A stretch of 18,070 bases of DNA, taken from IMG/VR virus record IMGVR_UViG_2660238548_000002, positions 1 to 18,070 of that record; one strand, 5' to 3'. The notes beneath the pieces are model-generated. The model did not search any database and was not told where the DNA came from. It saw only the letters and a list, made by a program, of their open reading frames with translations. The stretch comes from a virus (lineage: Duplodnaviria > Heunggongvirae > Uroviricota > Caudoviricetes). Made by a program: the position numbers and the translations under genes. Shown piece by piece: positions 7,496 through 15,468 of the stretch. Positions within the stretch are counted from its first letter, which is position 1. Every line of letters begins with the position of its first letter.

Positions 7496-8971
7496 TCACG
7501 CAAACGGGTCGTAATCTGTGATGGCCTTGCCTTGCTGGTTCTGCTGACCGGGAATTCGCAGGCGCTTCGACACAGGGAAAGCAAACGTCAGCAATAGCGC
7601 ATCGCCTTTCCCCGGCGAACGCCCAAGTCGTTCTTTGATATCTTCCTTCGGTTCGATAACGATTTTACCGTCCACGCGAACTTTGTACTCTGCCGTCGAC
7701 AGGTCGTCCGCTGTTTCCTGGTCATCCAGCATACCGCCCAGCCTCAGCCATGTCTTACATGAGTTGAACATCTCCCCACGCTTGTTGAGCATCTGCGGGT
7801 CAGTAGACGCGCCACCGAACGGAACAAGTTGCCATGTACGTCCCCAGCCATCACCGATTGACTTCAAACCGGTTCCGTAACCGAAGTCGATGAATACCGC
7901 GTCAGCCTGATACTTGTCTTCAAAGTCAGCGATGCGCTTCGCCATAATCAGATCGTCAGTGGTCTTGTTGCCAGTCCACAGCACCTTACTGTGCAGCCCC
8001 TGCCGCAGGTATATCACAGCGTCATCAACGCCGGAGTATGCCGGGTCAACGCCGATTATCACCGGAGCATGTGCCACCTGCGCAGCAGTTACCACCCGTT
8101 TCATTGCCTCGTCAGTAAGGCCGGTAGGGATAAACTGCAATTCAGATGCATCAGGGAATATGCCGCGCACACGGATTTTAACGAAGTCGCTGTCTTCCCC
8201 GTAGTCATCAACCCATTTCTGCAACTGCTGTTTGTTAGTGCCTTCCACCGTCCGGCTGTCAATCTGCGCAGTTTTCCAGCGGTGTTTATATTTGCGGAAA
8301 CATTCGCGGAAACGTCCGGTATTACGCGTCGGGTTTCCGAACGCCACCCAGATAATCTCAGTGTCTTCGTCCGTAAGCGCCCCCTCGGCAACTTCCCACA
8401 CCAGATCCGCAATGTTCGACGCTTCATCAAACACCACGATGATGCGTTTGCGCTCGTTGTGTAGTCCGGCGAATGCCTCGGTGTTGTGCTCAGACCAGGG
8501 GATTGCGTCAGCTCGCCACCGCTTGTCGTGCCCAGGATCATTGCTGTACATCGCGGTAGCGGTACAGGTAAACCAGTCTTTCGTGATAGCAAGGTTCGAC
8601 CACTTGATAATTTCCGGCCAGGTCTTCGTTCGTAGCTGGTTGTCGGTGTTGGCGGTCACCACGACCTTACAATCCTCGCAAGTGGACATGCCCCAGTTGA
8701 TCAGCATTGAGATGAATGCGGATTTACCAATACCGTGACCAGAAGCGCGTGCCAGCATAAGCGGCTGATAGCGCGTCTCTGGATTCTGCAGGTGATCACG
8801 TATCTCTCGGAACGCATCAGCCTGCCACTGACGTGGGCCGGTAGCATGTGCCAGTTCAGTCCCCTCTTCCCCCCAAGGGAACGCATAGAGGGCATAGCCA
8901 AGCGGATCGTGAGTGAACCCTGCAATATCCTCGATTAACTGCTCTTCAGGAGATAACGCTGTATCTGTCAC
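7496..8971 (-). CDS. Terminase large subunit
   Basis: 491 aa with Walker A-like SGHGIGKS near the N-terminus and a C-terminal nuclease-like region. GTG start overlaps the terS stop (GTGA); immediately downstream of terS. Confidence 0.85.
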   Translation of the reverse strand: MTDTALSPEEQLIEDIAGFTHDPLGYALYAFPWGEEGTELAHATGPRQWQADAFREIRDHLQNPETRYQPLMLARASGHGIGKSAFISMLINWGMSTCEDCKVVVTANTDNQLRTKTWPEIIKWSNLAITKDWFTCTATAMYSNDPGHDKRWRADAIPWSEHNTEAFAGLHNERKRIIVVFDEASNIADLVWEVAEGALTDEDTEIIWVAFGNPTRNTGRFRECFRKYKHRWKTAQIDSRTVEGTNKQQLQKWVDDYGEDSDFVKIRVRGIFPDASELQFIPTGLTDEAMKRVVTAAQVAHAPVIIGVDPAYSGVDDAVIYLRQGLHSKVLWTGNKTTDDLIMAKRIADFEDKYQADAVFIDFGYGTGLKSIGDGWGRTWQLVPFGGASTDPQMLNKRGEMFNSCKTWLRLGGMLDDQETADDLSTAEYKVRVDGKIVIEPKEDIKERLGRSPGKGDALLLTFAFPVSKRLRIPGQQNQQGKAITDYDPFA

Positions 8972-9564
8972 TGATTGCCATCCTGACGTTCTTTGAGTCG
9001 CTTCCTGGCTGCTGCTATGCGATCAGCAATTGTCACATTCACATTAACATCCAAGCGTTCTTTGAATGCGTTGACGTCGACGTGCTTACCAATCAGTTCG
9101 AGGTTCTTCACCTTGTCAGGCCATTTAATTTTTTTGAGGATTGTCTCTATCGAATCCTCGTTCATGTTCATGATGGTCGATGACAGATCAAAGCCGCTAA
9201 GCGTAGTGCGCCAGATTTTCGGCCACTCACGGATTGGTTTAAGGCTCCCATCGTCGTTGAGGATGTCGATCACGTCCATCTGGTCGATCTCCACTAGGCG
9301 CATGAGAACGTAATCAGCACTGACGCGCATTCGTTTGTTGCGCTCCTCCATCAACTCGGCAATCCGTTTTTGAATGCGTTCATCGCGCATCATGACACTG
9401 GCTTTAACTGCCGCTGTATTTGGGGAGAATCCTGCGTTAATCGCTGCCTGAGTCTGGTTTTCAGGCGTTTTGATGTATGACTGGCAATAAGCCTCCTGCA
9501 TTGCTGTGAGCGGCTTAAATTGCGTTGATTTGCGTTTATAGGTTTTAGGTTCAGCAGGCATCAT
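8968..9564 (-). CDS. Terminase small subunit
   Basis: Family-typical N-terminal LTAMQEAYCQSY...NAGFSPNTAAVKAS. Start placed at ATG 9564 (GGTGG upstream); the listed ORF's further extension (TITTTVTITT) runs through a terminator and repeats. Confidence 0.75.
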   Translation of the reverse strand: MMPAEPKTYKRKSTQFKPLTAMQEAYCQSYIKTPENQTQAAINAGFSPNTAAVKASVMMRDERIQKRIAELMEERNKRMRVSADYVLMRLVEIDQMDVIDILNDDGSLKPIREWPKIWRTTLSGFDLSSTIMNMNEDSIETILKKIKWPDKVKNLELIGKHVDVNAFKERLDVNVNVTIADRIAAARKRLKERQDGNQ

Positions 9565-9571
9565 AACCACC

Positions 9572-9602
9572 GTGGTAATAGTTACCGTTGTGGTAATAGT
9601 AA
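9572..9602. repeat. Two 13-bp direct repeats GTGGTAATAGT(T/A)A 18 bp apart, just upstream of the terS start
   Basis: Read directly from the sequence; the first copy forms the palindrome GGTAATAGTTACC. Candidate packaging or regulatory site. Confidence 0.5.
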
Positions 9603-9606
9603 CATG

Positions 9607-9633
9607 CAAAATAAAGCCGCCATAGTTGGCGGC
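9607..9633 (-). terminator. Intrinsic terminator immediately upstream of terS
   Basis: On the minus strand: GCCGCCA-ACTA-TGGCGGC followed by TTTATTTTG, in the 75-bp gap between the 70-aa gene and terS. Confidence 0.65.
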
Positions 9634-9638
9634 AGTAT

Positions 9639-9851
9639 TCAAAGTCCATCAAATTCATCGTAAAAACTCTCGTCAAGATACCCTTCCCATTTACCGCGAA
9701 TGAAAATTACATCCTCGCCGCAAGGGTGCTGACTGTCGATAACTATATCCCTCCTGGCGCAACCATACTTATGCATGAGAAATTTAACCTCTTTCGGAAA
9801 ATTTGCTGAGTTATCTCTCATATCTTCAAGGTCGTAGCGTATTTTTGGCAT
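9639..9851 (-). CDS. Hypothetical small protein (70 aa)
   Basis: ATG at 9851 with GAGGTG RBS directly upstream; the listed ORF extends to 9866. Confidence 0.5.
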   Translation of the reverse strand: MPKIRYDLEDMRDNSANFPKEVKFLMHKYGCARRDIVIDSQHPCGEDVIFIRGKWEGYLDESFYDEFDGL

Positions 9852-9867
9852 AACACCTCGTGACATG

Positions 9868-10206
9868 TCACACTATTAATTTCGTTTCATGCCAGCCTTT
9901 GGTCACCCAGCATTGCGAGTCACCATTACACGGGCATGAATTCACAGGAACTCTCTCGCCGCACTTACCGCAACGTTTTCTGCTGATCGATTTTATACGC
10001 CCGCGCACGCGTGCATCATCCTGGCGGATCAGTAACGCTATATACTCACCAAATTCGTAAGGCGCACGCCCGGGGCGACGTGTGGCACAGTTACGCTCCA
10101 GCATTTCAATTTCCTGAGCATCAAGCACAATCTCCAGCTTACGTACACCGGATTCAGCTTGTCTGGCTCTCTGAGCGGCTTTGCGCTCTGCTGCTGATTT
10201 AGCCAT
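9868..10206 (-). CDS. Hypothetical protein (112 aa) with a basic N-terminus and a C-terminal Cys4 zinc-ribbon (CGKCG...CPC)
   Basis: ATG at 10206, 2 nt after the upstream stop. Function unknown; a regulatory role is only a guess from position. Confidence 0.5.
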   Translation of the reverse strand: MAKSAAERKAAQRARQAESGVRKLEIVLDAQEIEMLERNCATRRPGRAPYEFGEYIALLIRQDDARVRGRIKSISRKRCGKCGERVPVNSCPCNGDSQCWVTKGWHETKLIV

Positions 10207-10480
10207 CAATATTCACCTTTATCGCGAACACCTTTACCGGTTTATCGCCGAAGTGGGGATGTGTGATTGTCTTGATTTCATATCCGTCATACGGAATATC
10301 AATTCTGCGGCTGGAATCGTCGCGCTTCGGATATCCCTTTGTGATAATCAGGCGGTCATACTCCCGGAACATAATTCGCTTATTCCAATAGTCATTACAC
10401 AGGCGATACTCCTCGGTTTTCTCGCCACGAATCATGGCATCGAAGTATTCACCTTTTACGGCAAGTTGCAGGTTAGCCAC
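10199..10480 (-). CDS. ASCH/DUF3850-like small protein (93 aa)
   Basis: GTG start with AGGAGG 7 nt upstream. N-terminal LQLAVKGEYFDAMIRGEKTEEYR resembles the recalled DUF3850/ASCH pattern. Confidence 0.45.
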   Translation of the reverse strand: MANLQLAVKGEYFDAMIRGEKTEEYRLCNDYWNKRIMFREYDRLIITKGYPKRDDSSRRIDIPYDGYEIKTITHPHFGDKPVKVFAIKVNIDG

Positions 10481-10757
10481 GACCTTCCTCCTTTGGCTTG
10501 TGAATTTGTATCGTCATGCCGCTTTGAGTGGTGACTACAATGACAGAACCAGGCTGAAGGCTGTTAAGATTGAATGCTTCGTAAAACGAATCCAATGCCA
10601 GTGCTTTTTTATTCTTTCGGTTCCACCAACGCCATCCCTTGCTACAGGCTACACTGACAATCCACTGCCCACTCCTGTAAGCCATATAAAACCAGATGAG
10701 CAAAACCTGAAGGAAGGCCATCCAGTCAATAATCGTATATTTCGCGAAGGAGTCCAT
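10473..10757 (-). CDS. Small membrane protein (94 aa) with one hydrophobic helix
   Basis: ATG at 10757 overlaps the upstream TGA (TGATG) and has a strong AGGAGGT RBS. Hydrophobic segment YTIIDWMAFLQVLLIWFYMAY. Confidence 0.55.
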   Translation of the reverse strand: MDSFAKYTIIDWMAFLQVLLIWFYMAYRSGQWIVSVACSKGWRWWNRKNKKALALDSFYEAFNLNSLQPGSVIVVTTQSGMTIQIHKPKEEGRG

Positions 10758-11329
10758 CAATTCACCTCCTGCGGCGGTTCTGGTAGCGGCATCCAGAACA
10801 AGACGTTCCCTAACCACGATAAAGTGCCGTCGCTCAACTCCACGTATTCCCCTTGTACCTGTCCTGCCATATACTCGCCGTGCTTTGAATAAATTAAAAT
10901 CCAATCATCTTGAGCGGGCATTCGCTCACTACAGCTTATCCAACCATCCGGAGTTACCGGAGAGTTGCCCGATAGCTCGTTCAACTTGTAAGTCTGGCTT
11001 ACAAGTTCGGCTTCCAATTCTGCTATGCGCTTCTCTGATGCTTCCAGCTCAACACGCAGCTTCCCTACCGTTAGCGCAATATCCTCGTTCTCCTGGTCGC
11101 GGCGTTTGATGTATTGCTGGTTTCTTTCCCGTTCATCCAGTAGTGCCAGCACGGTTTCTGGTCCGGCCAGAAGTTTGAAGGCGTTGAGCGCATCAATATC
11201 CACACCGTAATCTTTAAGTTCCTGTTCACTTAACAAATCATCATCAACTGGCAACATTAACAGGCGTTCCATTGCCGGAATTGCACGTTCTGCCGCCATT
11301 CGCAGTGCCTGATAGTCAATCTTGCTCAC
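10757..11329 (-). CDS. Ea22/Ead-like protein with a C-terminal DUF551-type domain (190 aa)
   Basis: GTG start with AAAGGAGG RBS. C-terminal W...FWMPLPEPP resembles the DUF551 signature common in lambdoid early regions. Confidence 0.5.
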   Translation of the reverse strand: MSKIDYQALRMAAERAIPAMERLLMLPVDDDLLSEQELKDYGVDIDALNAFKLLAGPETVLALLDERERNQQYIKRRDQENEDIALTVGKLRVELEASEKRIAELEAELVSQTYKLNELSGNSPVTPDGWISCSERMPAQDDWILIYSKHGEYMAGQVQGEYVELSDGTLSWLGNVLFWMPLPEPPQEVN

Positions 11330-11982
11330 TGGTTGCCTCCTTTTCGAAGCTCTGCGGCAAAGTCAGTGGCATGTTCACCGAGTAGTTTCCAGTTATCGCG
11401 TATATCAGATGCAAATGACTGTTCGGATTTTGAGTTACATTTCTGTGCAAACATCTCCAATCCCTGCGCCCGCACTTCAGCCAGGCATTTGCGAAACTCG
11501 GAAACGTACTGTTCGACGCTCATTCCCCAGCTAAGTGGACATTCATTGAATGTTTCGCCTTCGTGCTCTTCATCAGGTAGCTCTTTGGTAAAGAACTCAC
11601 GCTCAATGGCGTGGAGTGTGTCAGCAAAACGACGTAAGTTACTCAAACCTACCGTAATGGAGAATTCAGGAGCATCACATCCGACGCCCATCTGCTGATA
11701 AACGGCGGTTTTGAAGGCCTTCAGCGCCGCATTCTCCGCTGCCAGCTCCGAAAACTTCTCGTGTGCCAACTTAACAGCTGCATCAGCCTGCTTAATTGAC
11801 TCAATCGCTTTCTGCTGGTCTTCGGCCAGCGCATTAGCACGCACCAGTTGCACTTCCAGTTGCGTTGCCAAATCGCTGATCAGCTTTGCCACGCTGCGCA
11901 TATCAACGGCACCACATTCTGCTTTCAGTTCCGAAGCCATCTCATGCCCGGCGGTAACTAACCCTTTGATATTACAGTCCAT
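11326..11982 (-). CDS. Hypothetical coiled-coil protein (218 aa)
   Basis: ATG at 11982 with GAGGG RBS. No recognisable domain. Confidence 0.5.
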   Translation of the reverse strand: MDCNIKGLVTAGHEMASELKAECGAVDMRSVAKLISDLATQLEVQLVRANALAEDQQKAIESIKQADAAVKLAHEKFSELAAENAALKAFKTAVYQQMGVGCDAPEFSITVGLSNLRRFADTLHAIEREFFTKELPDEEHEGETFNECPLSWGMSVEQYVSEFRKCLAEVRAQGLEMFAQKCNSKSEQSFASDIRDNWKLLGEHATDFAAELRKGGNQ

Positions 11983-12027
11983 CTTTACCCTCGCTTATCC
12001 ACATAACTTATTGATTACATTGATAAC

Positions 12028-12055
12028 TAAAAAGATCGTCGATTCATGCCGATCT
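12028..12055 (-). terminator. Possible intrinsic terminator overlapping the HNH gene stop
   Basis: AGATCG ... CGATCT stem flanked by an A-tract and a T-tract; the 11-nt loop makes it weak. Confidence 0.3.
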
Positions 12056-12652
12056 ATTTTTCATCAGTGATTCATAAAACTTTTGCCACTTATGCCGACC
12101 GAAATTAGCCTTCGAGTTACAGCTCGAACAAAGGCAAATAAGGTTCTCCTGACGACAGTCTTGCTTGTCGTAATTGATGTGATGAGTTGTTAGCCTTTTG
12201 TCTGTTCCATCACAACCTGGGTTCTGACAAGTAAAACCATCTCGCTCAATAACCCTCTTGCTCGTTTCTCGGAAATCCCACGGATACGGCAATCTCGATA
12301 ATCCACCAGACCAGTTTGGATTTCCTTCCCCCTTCATCAGAGAAGAACGCATTATGTTGGAACACTGTTTCGAGCAGCATTTATGACGCTTCTCATGACT
12401 CAAGAAAACGGAGAACGAAGATCCGCATACGCAGCATATTTTTAATACTCGCTTTAGTTCCCGATTTACCGTCTTGCCTCGCTGTGAAATTCCTACACAC
12501 TGAAGTGAGCAGAACCTTGAAGATGAGTTGGCTCGCTTAACCTGATATTGCCTGCCACATACGGGGCAAACCTTTTCGATTTTCCCACCCTTCCAATTCG
12601 GGTTTTTATCACCGGATACAATCAATCCCGCAGCATTGGGCTTCTCGCTCAT
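12044..12652 (-). CDS. HNH homing-type endonuclease with duplicated NPNW(K/S)GG modules (202 aa)
   Basis: C-terminal HHINYDK...ENLICLCSSCN is an HNH motif; two NPNWxGG repeats. AT-rich. ATG at 12652 overlaps the upstream stop (ATGA). Confidence 0.8.
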   Translation of the reverse strand: MSEKPNAAGLIVSGDKNPNWKGGKIEKVCPVCGRQYQVKRANSSSRFCSLQCVGISQRGKTVNRELKRVLKICCVCGSSFSVFLSHEKRHKCCSKQCSNIMRSSLMKGEGNPNWSGGLSRLPYPWDFRETSKRVIERDGFTCQNPGCDGTDKRLTTHHINYDKQDCRQENLICLCSSCNSKANFGRHKWQKFYESLMKNRSA

Positions 12653-13002
12653 AGTTCCTCAACCTCCCATCCACCACCGAGCTTTTTAGGTTTTGGATAA
12701 GCAACCTGAAAGACAAACGGATAGCTGTCTGCCGCAACCTTCATCTTGACTCTCGCATCGTCAGTAAAGACTGACTTACTTCCCTTAACGTCCACCATCA
12801 CCAACTGCCCGTCAGCCAACATCACGGCAAAATCTACAGTCAGGAAGCAGTTGTCAGCCAGCCGCAGCTTGATACCCTCGAACCGATACCAGGCGACTTC
12901 CCCTGCACGTTTACGCTGCTCAAGGTGCTGGCAATACGCAGATTCTGTTTTGTTCATCTGGCCTGTTTTGAGTCGACCAAGAGCCTGTATCTGTTTTCTC
13001 AT
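12649..13002 (-). CDS. DUF1064-like phage protein (117 aa)
   Basis: Pattern ...YRFEGIKLRLADNCFLTVDFAVM...VDVKG resembles recalled DUF1064. Translationally coupled to the HNH gene. Confidence 0.45.
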   Translation of the reverse strand: MRKQIQALGRLKTGQMNKTESAYCQHLEQRKRAGEVAWYRFEGIKLRLADNCFLTVDFAVMLADGQLVMVDVKGSKSVFTDDARVKMKVAADSYPFVFQVAYPKPKKLGGGWEVEEL

Positions 13003-13005
13003 GAT

Positions 13006-13082
13006 TTACCTCTAAGGTAATTAAAAACCACATAAGGCACAAAATCAATAGATCTAAGAATATTTTGTTACCCATTGGGTAA
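13006..13082. promoter_or_regulatory. Two perfect TTACC-N5-GGTAA palindromes (13006..13020 and 13068..13082) upstream of the DUF1064 gene
   Basis: The first palindrome starts 4 nt upstream of the ATG and contains the RBS; the second lies about 60 bp further upstream. Confidence 0.5.
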
Positions 13083-13119
13083 TTATTGAGGCGTAAAAAA
13101 ATGCGCTATCGCGCTGGTA

Positions 13120-13920
13120 TTACTTGATAAATCCTGCTGCCTTTCCTCGCCTGTATTCCTCCATCAGCCACTGCGCCGGTGTTATTCCCCCCAGGGTGGC
13201 GGCGTTAGGCATGCACCCGAAACTTCGCCCTGGTGGATGGTAAACGTCTCTCCCTGTGTCCGGAGGTGTACTCATGGGTTCTGGCTTTGCCTGTATGCTG
13301 ATCACCGGATCGGGTATCTGCTGTCCGGAAGCCACCTTTTTCGCCCAATCATCGAGCAACCTGCGCGCGTGTTTCTCAACCTCAATCTCGCTAAGCTGGC
13401 GCTGATACATTGCACGGCGGGTATCACATACGACCCAGTACATAACCGGATGTCGCCACGGGAATCTTTCGGGACCACCAGGATATAAACTTTTTTCCTT
13501 GCTGTACCGGTGAAACTCCGCCATCACATCGTCAATGGTGACGCCAAGAACCATCTTGCTGTCTTTACACCACTTGATGAATTGCCCTGGCGACGGCCAG
13601 AACGGAGATTCACTGGCGCGGGCGTGGCGCATACCAGCAGAAACCTGTTCACGGGTTCGGATCCCCCCTTCGGCAAACGCAGCAATCCACTGCTGTTTTG
13701 CAGCAACTTCCTGCTCTGGCGTCTTCAGGTTGGTTACCACTGCCGCCGGAAACAGTTGTTTCAGCTGTTTGAAAAGGGCATCAACAAGCCTCTCTGCTGA
13801 CATGTTCACCACGTTGTCATTGTTGGTGTACTGATGCTCATAACCTGACATGCGAGAAAGGGCTTCTCCGTCACGGTTTTGTATCGCGGTAAAAACGTTG
13901 TTCACAAGAAATCCTCCCAT
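13120..13920 (-). CDS. Lambda P-like replication protein (helicase loader)
   Basis: Central QWIAAFAEGGIRTREQVSAGMRHAR...PFWPSPGQFIKWC aligns with the recalled lambda P region RRQWVLAFRENGITTMEQVNAGMRVAR...PFLPSPGQFVAWC. Strong GGAGGA RBS. Confidence 0.8.
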   Translation of the reverse strand: MGGFLVNNVFTAIQNRDGEALSRMSGYEHQYTNNDNVVNMSAERLVDALFKQLKQLFPAAVVTNLKTPEQEVAAKQQWIAAFAEGGIRTREQVSAGMRHARASESPFWPSPGQFIKWCKDSKMVLGVTIDDVMAEFHRYSKEKSLYPGGPERFPWRHPVMYWVVCDTRRAMYQRQLSEIEVEKHARRLLDDWAKKVASGQQIPDPVISIQAKPEPMSTPPDTGRDVYHPPGRSFGCMPNAATLGGITPAQWLMEEYRRGKAAGFIK

Positions 13921-14717
13921 GCTTCAGGGCTGTTCCAGTGCGGAACGTTGTTATCAGGTAATGTTGATTGCTTCTGTCTGCTAATCTGCAGCCGCCTTGC
14001 CAGCTTCTGCTCCCACTGTGCCTGATGGTATGCCTTACCCTCAGCCATCCAGTAAATTCTGAACTCTGCAAGTTCCTGTGCCGTTGGCAGACTGTCCAGG
14101 TAGATCCCCTGCAATGAGCTTTTCCGAAGAAAGTCATCTGATGGTTGCCATTGTTCATGCATGACAAATTTGCCTAATTGCCCTGGCCCACCAGGAGGAA
14201 CAAAGTTATTCATCACGGCGTTGTTTGCGCCGGGGTCATGAGGCACAGAATCCCCGGTTTTTGTTCTGCTCTCCCTCTCTTGGTTAAATGACTGGTTATA
14301 TGACTGGTTCTGGATCCCGTTTTTGGGATCATTCAACATCCCGTTTTTGGGATCATTCAACATCCCGTTTTTGGGTATATTCCCGTTTTCGGTAACATTA
14401 CCGTTTTCGGGTTCATTACCCCCTTCCCGGTTGCCTTTAATGTTCCCGTTTTTGGTTATATTAAGAGAGAAAACCCGCACTCTTTTCGTCGCTCCCTTTC
14501 TCTCTCCGGTATCTGAAATAAGCCCCATTTTCATGAGCGATATAAGCCCGGACTGCACGGTTTTTTTATTCAGGCAAGTGTCTTTAACGAGGCGTTCTAT
14601 GCTGGGGTAGCAGAGGTTATATTCATCGGCTCTGTCAGCCATCGAGAGCAGTATGAGCTTTAATGATGAGCTACCTGGGTCTGTCTCCCAGGCCCAATCT
14701 GTTGCATGTCTGCTCAT
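13902..14717 (-). CDS. Replication initiator, O-like (N-terminal HTH, repeat-encoded linker)
   Basis: Lies upstream of and overlapping the P-like gene; iterons are embedded in the coding sequence and encode the tandem KNGMLNDP repeat. Confidence 0.65.
   Translation of the reverse strand: MSRHATDWAWETDPGSSSLKLILLSMADRADEYNLCYPSIERLVKDTCLNKKTVQSGLISLMKMGLISDTGERKGATKRVRVFSLNITKNGNIKGNREGGNEPENGNVTENGNIPKNGMLNDPKNGMLNDPKNGIQNQSYNQSFNQERESRTKTGDSVPHDPGANNAVMNNFVPPGGPGQLGKFVMHEQWQPSDDFLRKSSLQGIYLDSLPTAQELAEFRIYWMAEGKAYHQAQWEQKLARRLQISRQKQSTLPDNNVPHWNSPEAWEDFL
14314..14460. repeat. Origin-type iterons: two perfect 24-bp tandem copies (ATCCCGTTTTTGGGATCATTCAAC) plus about 4 degenerate copies of the CCCGTTTT(T)GG core
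   Basis: Read directly from the sequence. Each unit contains an ATCCC/GGGAT inverted repeat; the array lies inside the O-like gene as in lambda ori. Confidence 0.75.
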
Positions 14718-14732
14718 GATTAATCTCCGCTA

Positions 14733-14933
14733 TCAGCTTGAATGTTGTGGGGAGGAATTAATCATGATCTGCTTAATCTCTGCCCTGATGCGACGGTTTG
14801 ATTCCATGGTGCACTCAACACAGTGTCCGTTGTAAACCCAGCGTTCACTGTCATGTCCGTGCTTACATGATTTTCCGGTGTAGTAGCGTTTAAGTCCGCG
14901 CTTTGCGGCATCAATACGTGTAATGATTTCCAT
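14733..14933 (-). CDS. Small Cys/His-rich zinc-finger protein (66 aa) in the cII position
   Basis: ATG at 14933; motif CKHGHD...HCVEC. Sits between the cro-like gene and the O-like gene; function unknown. Confidence 0.4.
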   Translation of the reverse strand: MEIITRIDAAKRGLKRYYTGKSCKHGHDSERWVYNGHCVECTMESNRRIRAEIKQIMINSSPQHSS

Positions 14934-15037
14934 GGTAAGCCCTGTTATTAGTATTGGGATTACGGTTATTTTGTGCTGACACAAAAAAAAGATCAACCAG
15001 ATTTGGTTTTTTATTACCTTTAAGGTGCGAATAGATA

Positions 15038-15061
15038 TGAAAAGACCGCAGGATGGCGGTC
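15038..15061 (-). terminator. tR1-like intrinsic terminator downstream of the cro-like gene
   Basis: On the minus strand: GACCGC-CATCCT-GCGGTC followed by TTTTC. Position matches lambda tR1. Confidence 0.4.
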
Positions 15062-15083
15062 TACAGAGGTTTGTGGCTGGATA

Positions 15084-15314
15084 TCATGAGTAGAAGAAGT
15101 ATGCCAGTTCTGCTTTTGAGCGCAGCCATTGTCTTGTTTTACAGGCTTTAAAAAGCCCATTCATCAATACTTTACCTGGCATTTTGCGCTTACCTGTTAA
15201 GTGAGTCTGGATATAGTGACTCGTCGTTCCGGCTTCCTGTGCGAAGGCTTCACGCTCATCCGGAGTAAGTGCAAGCCAGTGCTTTTTGAAATCGAAATGT
15301 CCGTTATCGCTCAT
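15084..15314 (-). CDS. Cro-like HTH regulator (76 aa)
   Basis: Divergent from the repressor gene and first gene of the rightward-equivalent operon. HTH-like segment LTPDEREAFAQEAGTTSHYIQ. Confidence 0.6.
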   Translation of the reverse strand: MSDNGHFDFKKHWLALTPDEREAFAQEAGTTSHYIQTHLTGKRKMPGKVLMNGLFKACKTRQWLRSKAELAYFFYS

Positions 15315-15350
15315 AGCTATTGCCTGATATTTATTTCAGATAATAAATAT

Positions 15351-15413
15351 TCACCCATAAGGTAACAAAAATCAAGGATAGTTACCTATGGGGTGCATTT
15401 ACCTGTTGGGTAA
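15351..15413. promoter_or_regulatory. Divergent immunity promoter region with three operator-like sites (15351..15365, 15382..15396, 15399..15413)
   Basis: Lies between the divergent cro-like and cI-like starts. Three TTACC-N5-GGTAA family palindromes, echoing an OR1-OR3 layout. Confidence 0.6.
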
Positions 15414-15468
15414 TATTGCTTTAAATTGAATCATCTACTGATTCATATATGAGGCGATTCTCCAGAAA

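Noticed and set aside
7991-8738. Several + strand ORFs (157 to 168 aa) within the terL region
   Set aside because: All lie antisense inside the terminase large subunit gene, which has clear motifs; no independent support.
9565-9642. N-terminal extension of the terS ORF back to TTG at 9642 (TITTTVTITT peptide)
   Set aside because: The extension is produced by the direct DNA repeats and runs through an intrinsic terminator; the ATG at 9564 with its RBS is the more plausible start.
11711-12070. + strand ORF (119 aa) antisense to the 218-aa gene and the HNH terminator
   Set aside because: Ala/Ser-rich antisense translation with no start context; judged spurious.
14314-14460. Tandem repeats considered as a possible CRISPR array
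   Set aside because: Units are about 24 bp with no spacers, lie inside a coding sequence, and have the inverted-repeat form of origin iterons; no cas genes are present.
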